The notes: generated from the letters alone by a model not told the origin. Numbered from the stretch's first letter, positions 1-8,495 are shown. The stretch is DNA of 13,458 nt from Thermotogota bacterium (GCA_034660555.1 JAYEJL010000077.1:1-13458); one strand, 5' to 3'. A program made the numbers and translations.

Positions 1-342
1 TTGTGTTTCTTCGAATGTTTTGAGCAGAGAATTGGCTGCTTCTCGGGTTAATTGCTCCGGATTTTTTAGGTAAACGTATTTTCTATCTCCTTTAAATGGC
101 TTATGTGTTAAAAAACGTGTTATTTCGTGTGCTTCATCTATCCCGATATTTCCATCATCCGCTTTAATGATCATTAAATCGGCAGTTTCTTTCATCTTAT
201 CCCACTGTGGATCAGCACGAATAATATCGAGTGCTGTCTCTTCCAGGAAAAAGGAATCACTTCCACTCAACCCGATTGTAGATCCATTTGATTTTTCAAT
301 CACACTAAAAATCTGTCTTTTTATGTTTTCTATGATTTTCAT
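1..342 (-). CDS. holB: DNA polymerase III subunit delta' (clamp loader), 5' part only; runs off the window edge
   Basis: Hand translation of the minus strand from ATG at 342 gives 114 open codons: MKIIENIKRQIFSVIEKSNG...DLMIIKADDGNIGIDEAHEITRFLTHKPFKGDRKYVYLKNPEQLTREAANSLLKTFEETQ. IGID, P..G.RK.V and AANSLLKTFEE match delta'/gamma-tau clamp-loader motifs. There is no intact Walker A, which favours delta'. Confidence 0.85.
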   Translation of the reverse strand, partial: MKIIENIKRQIFSVIEKSNGSTIGLSGSDSFFLEETALDIIRADPQWDKMKETADLMIIKADDGNIGIDEAHEITRFLTHKPFKGDRKYVYLKNPEQLTREAANSLLKTFEETQ

Positions 343-344
343 AC

Positions 345-357
345 TATAATTATTATA
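345..357. promoter_or_regulatory. Candidate symmetric -10 pair (TATAAT-T-ATTATA) in the divergent holB/ndk spacer
   Basis: Perfect TATAAT on + at 345-350 and on - at 357-352, inside the 71-bp spacer. No -35 at canonical spacing (the minus-strand TTGACA at 383-378 is 20 nt away). Confidence 0.45.
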
Positions 358-413
358 ACTGAAATATTTTTTAGTGCTGTCAATAAGAAAAGTTATATCT
401 GGGAGGGAGATAA

Positions 414-857
414 TTGGAACGGACATTTGTATATTTGAAACCAAATACAATAAAAAGACAGTTAATCGGAAAAGTTTTATCGAGATTTGAAAAGCGTGGT
501 TTAAAAATTGTAGCGATGAAAATGGTTCAGATGACTGATGATCAGGCTGAGGAACTTTATCGCGAACATAAAGGACTGGATTTTTACGAACCGTTATTGA
601 AATTTGTCACTTCCGGTCCAGTAGTGGTAATGGTTCTCGAAGGTCCGAGAGCAGTCGAATTAGTCAGGCATACAATTGGAAAAACAGACCCAATGGAGGC
701 AGAATCAGGTTCCATAAGGGGAGACTATGGTGTTACTGTTAGAAAGAATATAGTGCATGCATCCGATAGTGTTGAAAGCGCGGAGAGAGAAATTAGTATT
801 TTCTTTGAGAAGTATGAATTATGTACATATAGTATCAGATTGGATGATCTTCTTTGA
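414..857 (+). CDS. ndk: Nucleoside diphosphate kinase
   Basis: ERTFVYLKPN, RFEKRGLKIV, SGPVVVMVLEG, GSIRGDYG and catalytic NIVHASDS motifs. TTG start preceded by GGGAGG at 401-406. Confidence 0.97.
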   Translation: MERTFVYLKPNTIKRQLIGKVLSRFEKRGLKIVAMKMVQMTDDQAEELYREHKGLDFYEPLLKFVTSGPVVVMVLEGPRAVELVRHTIGKTDPMEAESGSIRGDYGVTVRKNIVHASDSVESAEREISIFFEKYELCTYSIRLDDLL

Positions 858-902
858 TTTTTGTTAACCAGCTTCTGAACTCTATAAGATAATTCATTAA
901 AC

Positions 903-931
903 TTGGAATACAGCGATTGATCTGATATAGT
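903..931 (+). promoter_or_regulatory. Candidate sigma70-type promoter for the PLC-like/glgD/glgC operon
   Basis: TTGGAA (903-908), 17-nt spacer, TATAGT (926-931), with an extended -10 TG at 923-924. Confidence 0.5.
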
Positions 932-1013
932 TTAAGTAGATCCATTATAAGGTTTTTTAAGACTACCTTTTTATATTGTTCTTATTTTTGAGTCAATACA
1001 GGGAGTGAAAGGC

Positions 1014-1835
1014 ATGCCCGATTTTTGGACTCATATTGTGCATAGTTCTAGAGTTTCTAAAGAGCTGGAAATACCCTTTGAAAGTGAAGAAGATCAAAAA
1101 ATGTTCAATCTTGGTTCTCAGGGACCTGACCCTTATTCATATGTTGAAGAGAACAGATTCTACTTGATTGCAGGCAAGAGACTTCATTCACAAAAATGTG
1201 GTAAATATCTAAAATTCATGATCAGAGAGCTTTATAAAGCAAATCCGTTTTATATATATGGACTGGTTTGTCACCATACACTGGATAGGATTTGTCATCC
1301 CTACATTATTTCTCAGGTTGGAAATGGTTCAAAACACGATCAGCTTGAAGAAGCTCTTGATGAAAAAATGATTGTCAGATATATGAAACAATCACCCGAA
1401 GAATTGAATCCTGAGGATTTCTTACCTGTTGAAGTTCCAGATATTCTGGAAAAGAAATATTCTGAAATAATATACAAACTTTACCGAATTGAAGGGATAA
1501 GCTATTCGTATGCTGTTCAAAAAATGAAGCAGGTTTTAAACGAAGCTTATTCGAAACAGGGGTTAAGTAAAATAATTTCTGAATTTGGAAAAATCTTTGG
1601 CAGAGGTAATATCTTGCAAACAAACAACTTATCTGAAGAAGATATTCTCAATTTGAGCAGAAGTCCCTGGTATCATCCCACTACGGGATGGGAAAGCCAC
1701 TCTACTTTTCTTGATCTATTTGATGATGCTGTTGAAAAATCTAAAGATGTCGTTGGTTCCGCGGTGAGATTTTCTATGCCACCCGATATTCCCGAATTAT
1801 CTTTTATGACGGGATTACCCTGTGTGGATTATTAA
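1014..1835 (+). CDS. Zinc-dependent phospholipase C / P1 nuclease-fold family protein, cytoplasmic, substrate unknown
   Basis: MPDFWTH N-terminus, LGSQGPD, LH, GLVCHHTLDRICHPYI and HDQLEEALD give the His/Asp pattern of the Zn_dep_PLPC family. The ATG at 1014 has GGGAG 8 nt upstream and is preferred over GTG 1005. No signal peptide visible. Confidence 0.75.
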   Translation: MPDFWTHIVHSSRVSKELEIPFESEEDQKMFNLGSQGPDPYSYVEENRFYLIAGKRLHSQKCGKYLKFMIRELYKANPFYIYGLVCHHTLDRICHPYIISQVGNGSKHDQLEEALDEKMIVRYMKQSPEELNPEDFLPVEVPDILEKKYSEIIYKLYRIEGISYSYAVQKMKQVLNEAYSKQGLSKIISEFGKIFGRGNILQTNNLSEEDILNLSRSPWYHPTTGWESHSTFLDLFDDAVEKSKDVVGSAVRFSMPPDIPELSFMTGLPCVDY

Positions 1836-1844
1836 GGAGGGAAG

Positions 1845-2981
1845 ATGTTGAAGGTTCTTGGTTTAATTCTTGCAGGATCAAGAGGAGGTTGCCTGGAACC
1901 CCTGACAAAAGTAAGGACTATTGCTGCAGTACCTGTTTTTGGAAAATATCGAGCAATTGATTTTACTTTAAGCAATATGGTTAATGCGGGCATTTCAAAA
2001 GTTGGAATAATAACACAATATAGTCCCAGAAGTCTAATGGACCATCTTGGATCTGGTAAAGAATGGGATCTTGACAGAAAGCATGGGGGACTATTTATAC
2101 TACAACCTATATACTCAAGACATGATGAATCAATAGAATCCTTTGGGTATCGCGGTAGTGCTGATTCAATATTTCAAAATATGACCTTACTTAAACGTGG
2201 GAATGAAGATCATGTTTTGATAGGTTCGGGGAATCATATATTTAAGATTGATTTTAGCGATATGTTTAGAAGACACGTGGAAAGTGGAGCAGATATAACA
2301 ATATTAACCAAGAAAATAGATAAATCAAAGCTAAATGAGCAAACTTGGGTTGTTGAAACGGATGATAATGGACGAGTACTGAGATGGAAAAACAGCGAAT
2401 CAGCTGGAGAAAATGGTGAAGAACTAGCATCACTTGGAGTTTATTTTATAAATAAATTCTTGTTGAGAGAATTACTTTACGCAACAGTTCCTCAGAATAA
2501 GAGGGACTTCCTTAAGGATATTATAATAGCTAAAAATGATTCGTTGAAAATCTTATCCTACGAATATAATGGTTACTGGAGTAATATATCATGGGGTCTA
2601 GAGAATTTTTATCACACTAATATGGATATTCTCAATCATGACATTCGTAAAGAACTTTTCTCGAAGAATGGAAGAATCTTCACAAAGCTGAAAGATCTTC
2701 CTCCACCGAAAATTACCAGCATCGGATCTATATGTAATTCGTTTATAAGTGATGGTTGTGTGATTTCTGGCGAGGTTACCAATAGTGTTATTTCAAGAAA
2801 GACGTATATTAGGGCCGGTGCTACAGTTAAAAACAGTGTGATATTTGAAGGTTGCGTTGTTGAAGAAGGAGCGACCATTGAAAATGCCATACTTGATAAG
2901 TACTGCGTTATAAGAAGTGGGGGGAAGTTTACCGGGAATAATGAAAAGCCCACTATAGCTGAAAAGAACCGTGTAGTTTAG
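1845..2981 (+). CDS. glgD: Glucose-1-phosphate adenylyltransferase non-catalytic subunit GlgD
   Basis: ADP-glucose pyrophosphorylase fold (AAVPVFGKYRAIDF, SLMDHLGSGKEWDLDRK, C-terminal beta-helix) with degenerate catalytic motifs: no GGxGxRL, SGNH in place of SGDH, no FxEKP. SD AAGGAGG at 1834-1840. Confidence 0.92.
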   Translation: MLKVLGLILAGSRGGCLEPLTKVRTIAAVPVFGKYRAIDFTLSNMVNAGISKVGIITQYSPRSLMDHLGSGKEWDLDRKHGGLFILQPIYSRHDESIESFGYRGSADSIFQNMTLLKRGNEDHVLIGSGNHIFKIDFSDMFRRHVESGADITILTKKIDKSKLNEQTWVVETDDNGRVLRWKNSESAGENGEELASLGVYFINKFLLRELLYATVPQNKRDFLKDIIIAKNDSLKILSYEYNGYWSNISWGLENFYHTNMDILNHDIRKELFSKNGRIFTKLKDLPPPKITSIGSICNSFISDGCVISGEVTNSVISRKTYIRAGATVKNSVIFEGCVVEEGATIENAILDKYCVIRSGGKFTGNNEKPTIAEKNRVV

Positions 2982-3003
2982 TTTTTACCGGAGGTATTAA
3001 CTT

Positions 3004-4269
3004 ATGTCCAGAGATATCGTTTCATTGATACTAGCTGGAGGACAGGGAACAAGATTGGGATTGTTGACTGAGGAGAATGCCAAACCCGCTGTTCCCTTTG
3101 GAGGAAAATACAGAATAATAGACTTCACATTGAGTAATTGTGTGAATTCTGGATTATATAATGTAGGCGTACTAACGCAATATAGACCGCATGTACTGAG
3201 TCGCCATATAGGTATTGGCAGACCATGGGATCTTGACAGGAATGATGGTGGAGTTGAAATGCTGCCTCCTTTTAGAGGACGTAAGGATGCTGATTGGTAT
3301 ATTGGAACAGCAAATGCGGTATATCAAAATATCGATTACGTTGATTCCTTTGATCCAAAGCTGGTAGTGATTCTCTCGGGAGACCATATCTATGCGATGG
3401 ATTACAACGAGCTCATTGATTATCATCTTTCAAAACTGGCTCATGGAACAATTGCCTGCCTGAGAGTTCCAGTTTCCCAGACAAACAGGTTTGGCATAAT
3501 GGCAACTGATTTTGAGAACAAAATAGTGGAATTTCAGGAAAAACCAGAAGAGCCAAAATCGAACCTTGCTTCTCTGGGAATATATGTGTTTGATTGGCCT
3601 TTCTTAAGAAAATGGTTGATAGAGGATAATGATGATAACACAAGTGATCACGATTTTGGAAAAAATATATTGCCAAAAATGATAACTGACGAGAAAACGA
3701 GACTCTTTGCCTATGATTTTGAGGGTTACTGGCGGGATGTGGGAACTATAGATGCTCTATGGGAGGCAAATATTGAATTAACCAGACCGCTGCCTGCGTT
3801 GAATCTTCACGATGATTCGTGGAGATTTTTTACGCATTCTGAAGAATATCAACCTGCTTTTATTGGTTCCAATACAATAGTTAATAATTCACTGGTAAGC
3901 GAAGGTTCTGAAATTTACGGAAAGGTTGTGAACTCGGTAATCTTTCAGGGGGTTTATATAGGGAAAAACACATTTATCAAAGATTCAATTATCATGACGA
4001 ACACTATAATAGAAGACGATTCTACAGTCGAAAAAGGAGTTGTTGGAGAAAACTCTGTTATTGGTCGCAACAGTTTTCTTGGAACAGGTGAGAGCAAACC
4101 TAATAAAATTGCTCCAAGTATATATAAATCCGACCTTGTTGTGGTCGGAAATAACGTTAAGATCCCTGAAGGAACAAAAATTGGAAAAAATGCCGCAATA
4201 TGGAATTATGTTAAAGAGAAGGACTTTGAGGGGGATGTTGAAAGCGGTGGAGTTGTCAAGCCTGAATAA
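3004..4269 (+). CDS. glgC: Glucose-1-phosphate adenylyltransferase catalytic subunit
   Basis: [73 protein letters not shown] upstream. Confidence 0.97.
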   Translation: MSRDIVSLILAGGQGTRLGLLTEENAKPAVPFGGKYRIIDFTLSNCVNSGLYNVGVLTQYRPHVLSRHIGIGRPWDLDRNDGGVEMLPPFRGRKDADWYIGTANAVYQNIDYVDSFDPKLVVILSGDHIYAMDYNELIDYHLSKLAHGTIACLRVPVSQTNRFGIMATDFENKIVEFQEKPEEPKSNLASLGIYVFDWPFLRKWLIEDNDDNTSDHDFGKNILPKMITDEKTRLFAYDFEGYWRDVGTIDALWEANIELTRPLPALNLHDDSWRFFTHSEEYQPAFIGSNTIVNNSLVSEGSEIYGKVVNSVIFQGVYIGKNTFIKDSIIMTNTIIEDDSTVEKGVVGENSVIGRNSFLGTGESKPNKIAPSIYKSDLVVVGNNVKIPEGTKIGKNAAIWNYVKEKDFEGDVESGGVVKPE

Positions 4270-4576
4270 AAAAGGGTATATTTACGTTTCAACTGTGATT
4301 TCACTTGTTATATTTAGCCTGGCAGTAAGCATGCTTTTTGCAACCACCGTTCTGCGTATTAGAGCTAAGGCTCATTTGAATAATTGCCTTCAATTATCTT
4401 TATTTGTTAAATCCTATGCTGATAATGCTTTTAGCGATGAAAAAGTTATTCGATCTGAGGAAGAATTCAGTGAAATTAAAAATAATGTGCAAGTTTTAAA
4501 AAGGAAATCAGTTTTTCACTATCAAACTGTTAAAATTGAGTTTGAGGTACTGGAGCATATCAAAATTCAACAGTAA
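4235..4576 (+). CDS. Small single-TM hypothetical protein with a prepilin-like (class III signal peptide) N-terminus
   Basis: Fills the gap between glgC and the nucleotidase gene. The start is likely ATG 4235 or TTG 4238 after GAGGGG, not 4040 (4253 and 4262 are also possible). Sequence [30 protein letters not shown] followed by a polar domain. Confidence 0.65.
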   Translation: MLKAVELSSLNKKGYIYVSTVISLVIFSLAVSMLFATTVLRIRAKAHLNNCLQLSLFVKSYADNAFSDEKVIRSEEEFSEIKNNVQVLKRKSVFHYQTVKIEFEVLEHIKIQQ

Positions 4577-4602
4577 CAACATTTTATTTGGAGGTGGTTT
4601 TT

Positions 4603-6075
4603 GTGAAAAAGTTTCTTATTTTAGCCCTTGTCGTTTTAGTGGCAGTTTTTGTGATGGCAGAGAAATTGACCATTTTACACATCAACGACACACATGGACA
4701 TGCATGGACATTTGATGAATATGGTGTAGGTCTTGTTGGTGGTTTCCCGCTCGTTGCAACGCTTGTTGACCAGTACAGGGCAGAGAATCCAAGGACATTG
4801 TTCTTACATGCTGGTGATATAAATACGGGTGTACCGGAATCTGATCTACTTGACGCAGCCCCGGACATAGTTGCTCTAAATTTAATGGAATTGGATGCAG
4901 TCGCTATTGGTAACCATGAGTTTGATTTTGAAAGAGAAGTACTGGATAAACAAATGGAGTATGCTCTGTTTCCTTATCTAAGTGCTAATATCTACAAAGA
5001 TGGAGAACCTGAATTTACAGAATATATTATTAAAGATGTTGGTGGAATAAAGGTCGGAATTATTGGTCTTACCACACCAGATACGAAGATACTTGAAAAA
5101 CTTCATGCAGATCAATATGAGTGGAAAAGTGTTGTAGATATTGCAGAGAAATTGGTACCTGAAGTGGAAAAGAAAGCAGATATAGTGGTTATACTTTCAC
5201 ACATTGGTGACGCCGAAAGCATGACCGATGTAAATTCTCACGAACTCGCAGCTGAAGTAGATGGAATTGATGTCATCGTTGATGGACACAGCCATACTCT
5301 AACTGAAAAACCTATTGTTATAAACGGAACACTAATTGTTCAGGCTAACGAATGGGGCAAATATCTTGGAAAACTTGACCTTGAAGTAGTAAACGGTCAA
5401 ATAACCTACGTGGAATATGAGTCCATACCTGTAAGGGCTGATAGCATTGAACCAAATAGAGATGTAGAAATTGTTCTTGATTACTTCAAAAAACTTGGTA
5501 GTGAGAAGTTGAATGAAGTATTCGGAAAAACTGAGATATTACTGATGGGTGATAGAAGCGTTATTAGAAGCCAGGATACAAATCTTGCCCATTTGATTAC
5601 TGACGCCATGGTTTGGAAAACGGGAGCAGATTTTGCCATTACCAATTCTGGTGGTATAAGGGCTTCCATCAAGCCAGGAGAAATTTCTTATCGCGATATA
5701 TTAACAGTTCTTCCTTTTGGAAATACACTTTATCAGCTTGAGGCAACGGGTGAAGAGGTCATGGACATTCTTGAATATACAGCCACAGTATCAGCTGGTC
5801 AGGGTGCATGGCCGCAGGTTTCTGGCATTACATACACAATTGAAGGAGAAACAGTAAGCGATGTAATGGTCAATGGAGAACCTGTTGATCTTGATGAAAC
5901 TTATACGATAGCCACAAACAATTATCTTGCATATGGTGGAGATGGCTACTCAATGCTTGAGGACCTTGAAGGCTATGATACAGGTTTTGTTCTTGCTGAT
6001 GTAGTTCAAGATTATGTTGCAGAGATTTCGCCAATCACCGATTATGATGACGAACCAAGAATAATTGTTAAGTAG
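4603..6075 (+). CDS. Exported bifunctional 5'-nucleotidase / UDP-sugar hydrolase (UshA family)
   Basis: GTG start 7 nt after GGAGGT. Signal peptide MKKFLILALVVLVAVFVMA. Metallophosphoesterase motifs NDTHG, GDINTG, GNHEFD, SH, GHSH. C-domain motifs RSVIR, NSGGIR, LPFGN, YLAYGGDGY. Confidence 0.92.
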   Translation: MKKFLILALVVLVAVFVMAEKLTILHINDTHGHAWTFDEYGVGLVGGFPLVATLVDQYRAENPRTLFLHAGDINTGVPESDLLDAAPDIVALNLMELDAVAIGNHEFDFEREVLDKQMEYALFPYLSANIYKDGEPEFTEYIIKDVGGIKVGIIGLTTPDTKILEKLHADQYEWKSVVDIAEKLVPEVEKKADIVVILSHIGDAESMTDVNSHELAAEVDGIDVIVDGHSHTLTEKPIVINGTLIVQANEWGKYLGKLDLEVVNGQITYVEYESIPVRADSIEPNRDVEIVLDYFKKLGSEKLNEVFGKTEILLMGDRSVIRSQDTNLAHLITDAMVWKTGADFAITNSGGIRASIKPGEISYRDILTVLPFGNTLYQLEATGEEVMDILEYTATVSAGQGAWPQVSGITYTIEGETVSDVMVNGEPVDLDETYTIATNNYLAYGGDGYSMLEDLEGYDTGFVLADVVQDYVAEISPITDYDDEPRIIVK

Positions 6076-6118
6076 TTTTAAGTTCAAGGATGATTTCTAA
6101 TATTTGTTAATGTATTAT

Positions 6119-6145
6119 AATAGGGGCGTATGCCCCTATTTTTTT
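6119..6145 (+). terminator. Rho-independent terminator after the nucleotidase gene
   Basis: Perfect 9-bp stem AATAGGGGC-GTAT-GCCCCTATT running into a T7 tract. Confidence 0.88.
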
Positions 6146-6222
6146 GCGATAAATTAAATGTGATAAATCAAATCAGCAGGTTGAAAACAAAAATATGCTT
6201 TGTGTCTTGAGAGGTGATGTTG

Positions 6223-7557
6223 GTGAAAACATTGTCGTTTAGAGGCGGTGTGCATCCTCCTGATAAAAAGCGTTTTTCGGAGAATGCTGGAATAACAGTA
6301 GCGCCTCTGCCGGAAAAAGTGTACCTTTTTCTTGATAATCACGCCGGAGTTACTGCTAAACAACTTGTTAAAGAGGGAGATAAAGTAAAAACAGGGCAAA
6401 AGATAGCGGAAGCTGGAGGATTCATTTCAGCTGATTTGCATTCTTCAATTACTGGTACTGTTGAGGCAATAGAAAAGCATTACCATCCTACCCTGCAAAA
6501 ACCAAGGGATGCAATAGTAATAAAAAGAGAACCTGAAGAAGAATGGCAATATCTTGAACCAGCAAAATCCTATGAAGACTTTGAGAAAGATCAACTGGTT
6601 AAAAGGATAAAGGATGCAGGTATAGTTGGACTCGGTGGTGCTATGTTTCCTACAAACGTAAAACTATCCCCTCCTGATGGCAAGAAAATTGATCTTTTGA
6701 TTATCAATGGTGCAGAGTGTGAACCATATCTCACCATTGATTATCGTATGATGCTGGAATTTTCAGAGGAAATCGTTAAAGGAACTCTGGCTATTAAGAG
6801 AGCAGTGGATATTGAAAACATTGTTATAGGTATTGAAAACAACAAACCTGAGGCAATTAAAAAAATGAAGGAAGTGTGCAAAGGTACCGGCATAAAGATA
6901 GAAGCATTGAAAACGAAATATCCACAGGGTGCAGAGAAACAGCTTATTTATGCTATCTCAAAGAGAAAAGTTCCCTCCGGTGGCCTTCCAATGGATGTAG
7001 GTGCAGTTGTTCAAAATGTAGGTACTGCTTATGCAATTTACGAAGCAGTGGAAAAGGGAAAACCTCTTGTTGAAAGAGGTTTGACAATAACAGGTGAAGG
7101 AGTTCATAAACCAGTTAATGTTATTGCCAGAATAGGCACAATGGCAAATCAACTGATTGATATTGCAGGCGGATTGAATGAAGAACAGGTTGATAGAGTT
7201 GTATTTGGTGGCCCCATGATGGGGATTGCTGTTCCAAGAACAAATATCCCAATAATCAAGGGGACTTCTGGAATAACAATCATGACAAAAGAAGCAACCA
7301 GAGCTACGGAAAGGGAAACAATGACATGCATTAGATGTGGTAAATGTATTGATGCATGCCCCATGTTTCTACTTCCTTTTCAACTTAATCTTTATTGTGA
7401 CAACAGGCTTTATGACAAGGCAGTTGAAGAGGGGTTGCTGGACTGTATAGAATGTGGAAGCTGTTCTTATGCATGTCCCGCAAATATTGATCTTGTTAAA
7501 AGTTTCAAACTTGCCAAAAAAGTATATAAAGCAATGAAAGGAGGGGCAAAACGATGA
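6223..7557 (+). CDS. rnfC: Rnf complex subunit C (NADH/FMN-binding, 2x[4Fe-4S])
   Basis: FRGGVHPP, GIVGLGGAMFPT, INGAECEPYLTID, KYPQGAEKQLI, GGPMMG, CIRCGKCIDACP, CIECGSCSYACP. GTG 6223 fits the SD GAGGTGA (6211-6217) best; in-frame alternatives are 6214, 6217 and 6220. Confidence 0.96.
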   Translation: MKTLSFRGGVHPPDKKRFSENAGITVAPLPEKVYLFLDNHAGVTAKQLVKEGDKVKTGQKIAEAGGFISADLHSSITGTVEAIEKHYHPTLQKPRDAIVIKREPEEEWQYLEPAKSYEDFEKDQLVKRIKDAGIVGLGGAMFPTNVKLSPPDGKKIDLLIINGAECEPYLTIDYRMMLEFSEEIVKGTLAIKRAVDIENIVIGIENNKPEAIKKMKEVCKGTGIKIEALKTKYPQGAEKQLIYAISKRKVPSGGLPMDVGAVVQNVGTAYAIYEAVEKGKPLVERGLTITGEGVHKPVNVIARIGTMANQLIDIAGGLNEEQVDRVVFGGPMMGIAVPRTNIPIIKGTSGITIMTKEATRATERETMTCIRCGKCIDACPMFLLPFQLNLYCDNRLYDKAVEEGLLDCIECGSCSYACPANIDLVKSFKLAKKVYKAMKGGAKR

Positions 7558-8495
7558 AGTTATCAGTCTCTTCGGCTCCTCATTTAAGAACATCAGATTC
7601 AGTTAGGAAGATAATGCTTGACGTAATCATAGCCCTGTTACCTGCAAGCGTAGCTTCAATATTTATCTTTGGTTTACGCGCACTAGTTCTTATACTGGTT
7701 TGTGTGGTTGGTTCAGTATTAACTGAGCTGTTTGTTATGAAGTTATTAAGAGGTAAGAAAGAATTTAGACCCGATGGAAGTGCGACAGTAACAGGACTGC
7801 TTTTAGCATTGAATCTTCCGGTTGCTGTTTCATGGTGGCAGGCACTTATAGGTGTAATAGTTGCAATAGGAATAGCCAAACATGTATTCGGGGGCCTTGG
7901 AAGGAATTTCTGGAATCCAGCCCTTATTGGTCGTGTATTTATGTTGATTTCCTTTCCGGTAGCAATGACGACCTGGTATTCACCTTTCGATTTGCAAACT
8001 ACGGCGACTCCTCTCGCTATTATTAAAGAAGGTAGTGGAACATTACCACCTGTGAAGGACATGTTTCTCGGAACAATTTCAGGTTCTCTTGGTGAAACGA
8101 GTGCGTTGTTATTAATTCTAGGTTTTATTTATCTTGTATTGAGAGGGAGAATTAAATTAACCATACCAATAACATATATAGGTACCGTGGCTGCAATGTC
8201 AGGTATATTTTATCTAGTTGATCCAGCATTTGGGATACCCATCTATCATATACTCGGTGGGGGTTTAATGCTGGGAGCGCTATTTATGGCAACAGATATG
8301 GTTACAAGCCCAATGACGATGAAAGGGCAGTTCATATTTGGACTTGGGTGTGGAGTCATAACGATGATTATTAGATATTTTGGGGGATATCCTGAAGGAG
8401 TATCCTATTCCATAATAATTATGAATTCATTTGTGCCTTTGATAGATATGGTGACAAAGCCAAAGGTATTTGGTGAGGTGAAGTCCAGTGCTTGA
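7554..8495 (+). CDS. rnfD: Rnf complex subunit D
   Basis: SSAPH, DGSATVTGLLLALNLP, KHVFGGLGRNFWNPALIGR, flavinylation site TTATPL, GSLGETS, FMATDMVTSP, YPEGVSYSI. ATGA overlap with rnfC. Confidence 0.96.
   Translation: MKLSVSSAPHLRTSDSVRKIMLDVIIALLPASVASIFIFGLRALVLILVCVVGSVLTELFVMKLLRGKKEFRPDGSATVTGLLLALNLPVAVSWWQALIGVIVAIGIAKHVFGGLGRNFWNPALIGRVFMLISFPVAMTTWYSPFDLQTTATPLAIIKEGSGTLPPVKDMFLGTISGSLGETSALLLILGFIYLVLRGRIKLTIPITYIGTVAAMSGIFYLVDPAFGIPIYHILGGGLMLGALFMATDMVTSPMTMKGQFIFGLGCGVITMIIRYFGGYPEGVSYSIIIMNSFVPLIDMVTKPKVFGEVKSSA

Noticed and set aside
1..342. HolB lacks the Cys4 zinc module and has EETQ instead of EEPP
   Set aside because: Delta' subunits diverge quickly and short zinc-less forms are known; the gene is cut at the window edge, so this cannot be assessed.
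167..349. 60-aa plus-strand ORF
   Set aside because: Antisense shadow of holB; no SD or recognisable motifs.
835..945. 36-aa minus-strand ORF (MDLLKLYQINRCIPSLMNYLIEFRSWLTKIKEDHPI) with upstream TTGACT/TATAAA
   Set aside because: No SD, the promoter spacer is only 15 nt, it overlaps the ndk 3' end, and the length is expected by chance.
1845..2981. Degenerate catalytic motifs suggesting a glgC pseudogene or recent duplication
   Set aside because: The ORF is intact, and this pattern is the known non-catalytic GlgD subunit of GlgC/GlgD heterotetramers.
4040..4234. Long N-terminal extension of the prepilin-like ORF overlapping glgC
   Set aside because: Out-of-frame read-through inside a conserved gene; better starts with an SD lie at 4235-4262.
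6104..6121. Rex-like site TTGTTAATGTATTATAAT upstream of rnf
   Set aside because: The left half fits TTGTGAA at 6/7 but the right half fits only 3/7, in very AT-rich DNA.
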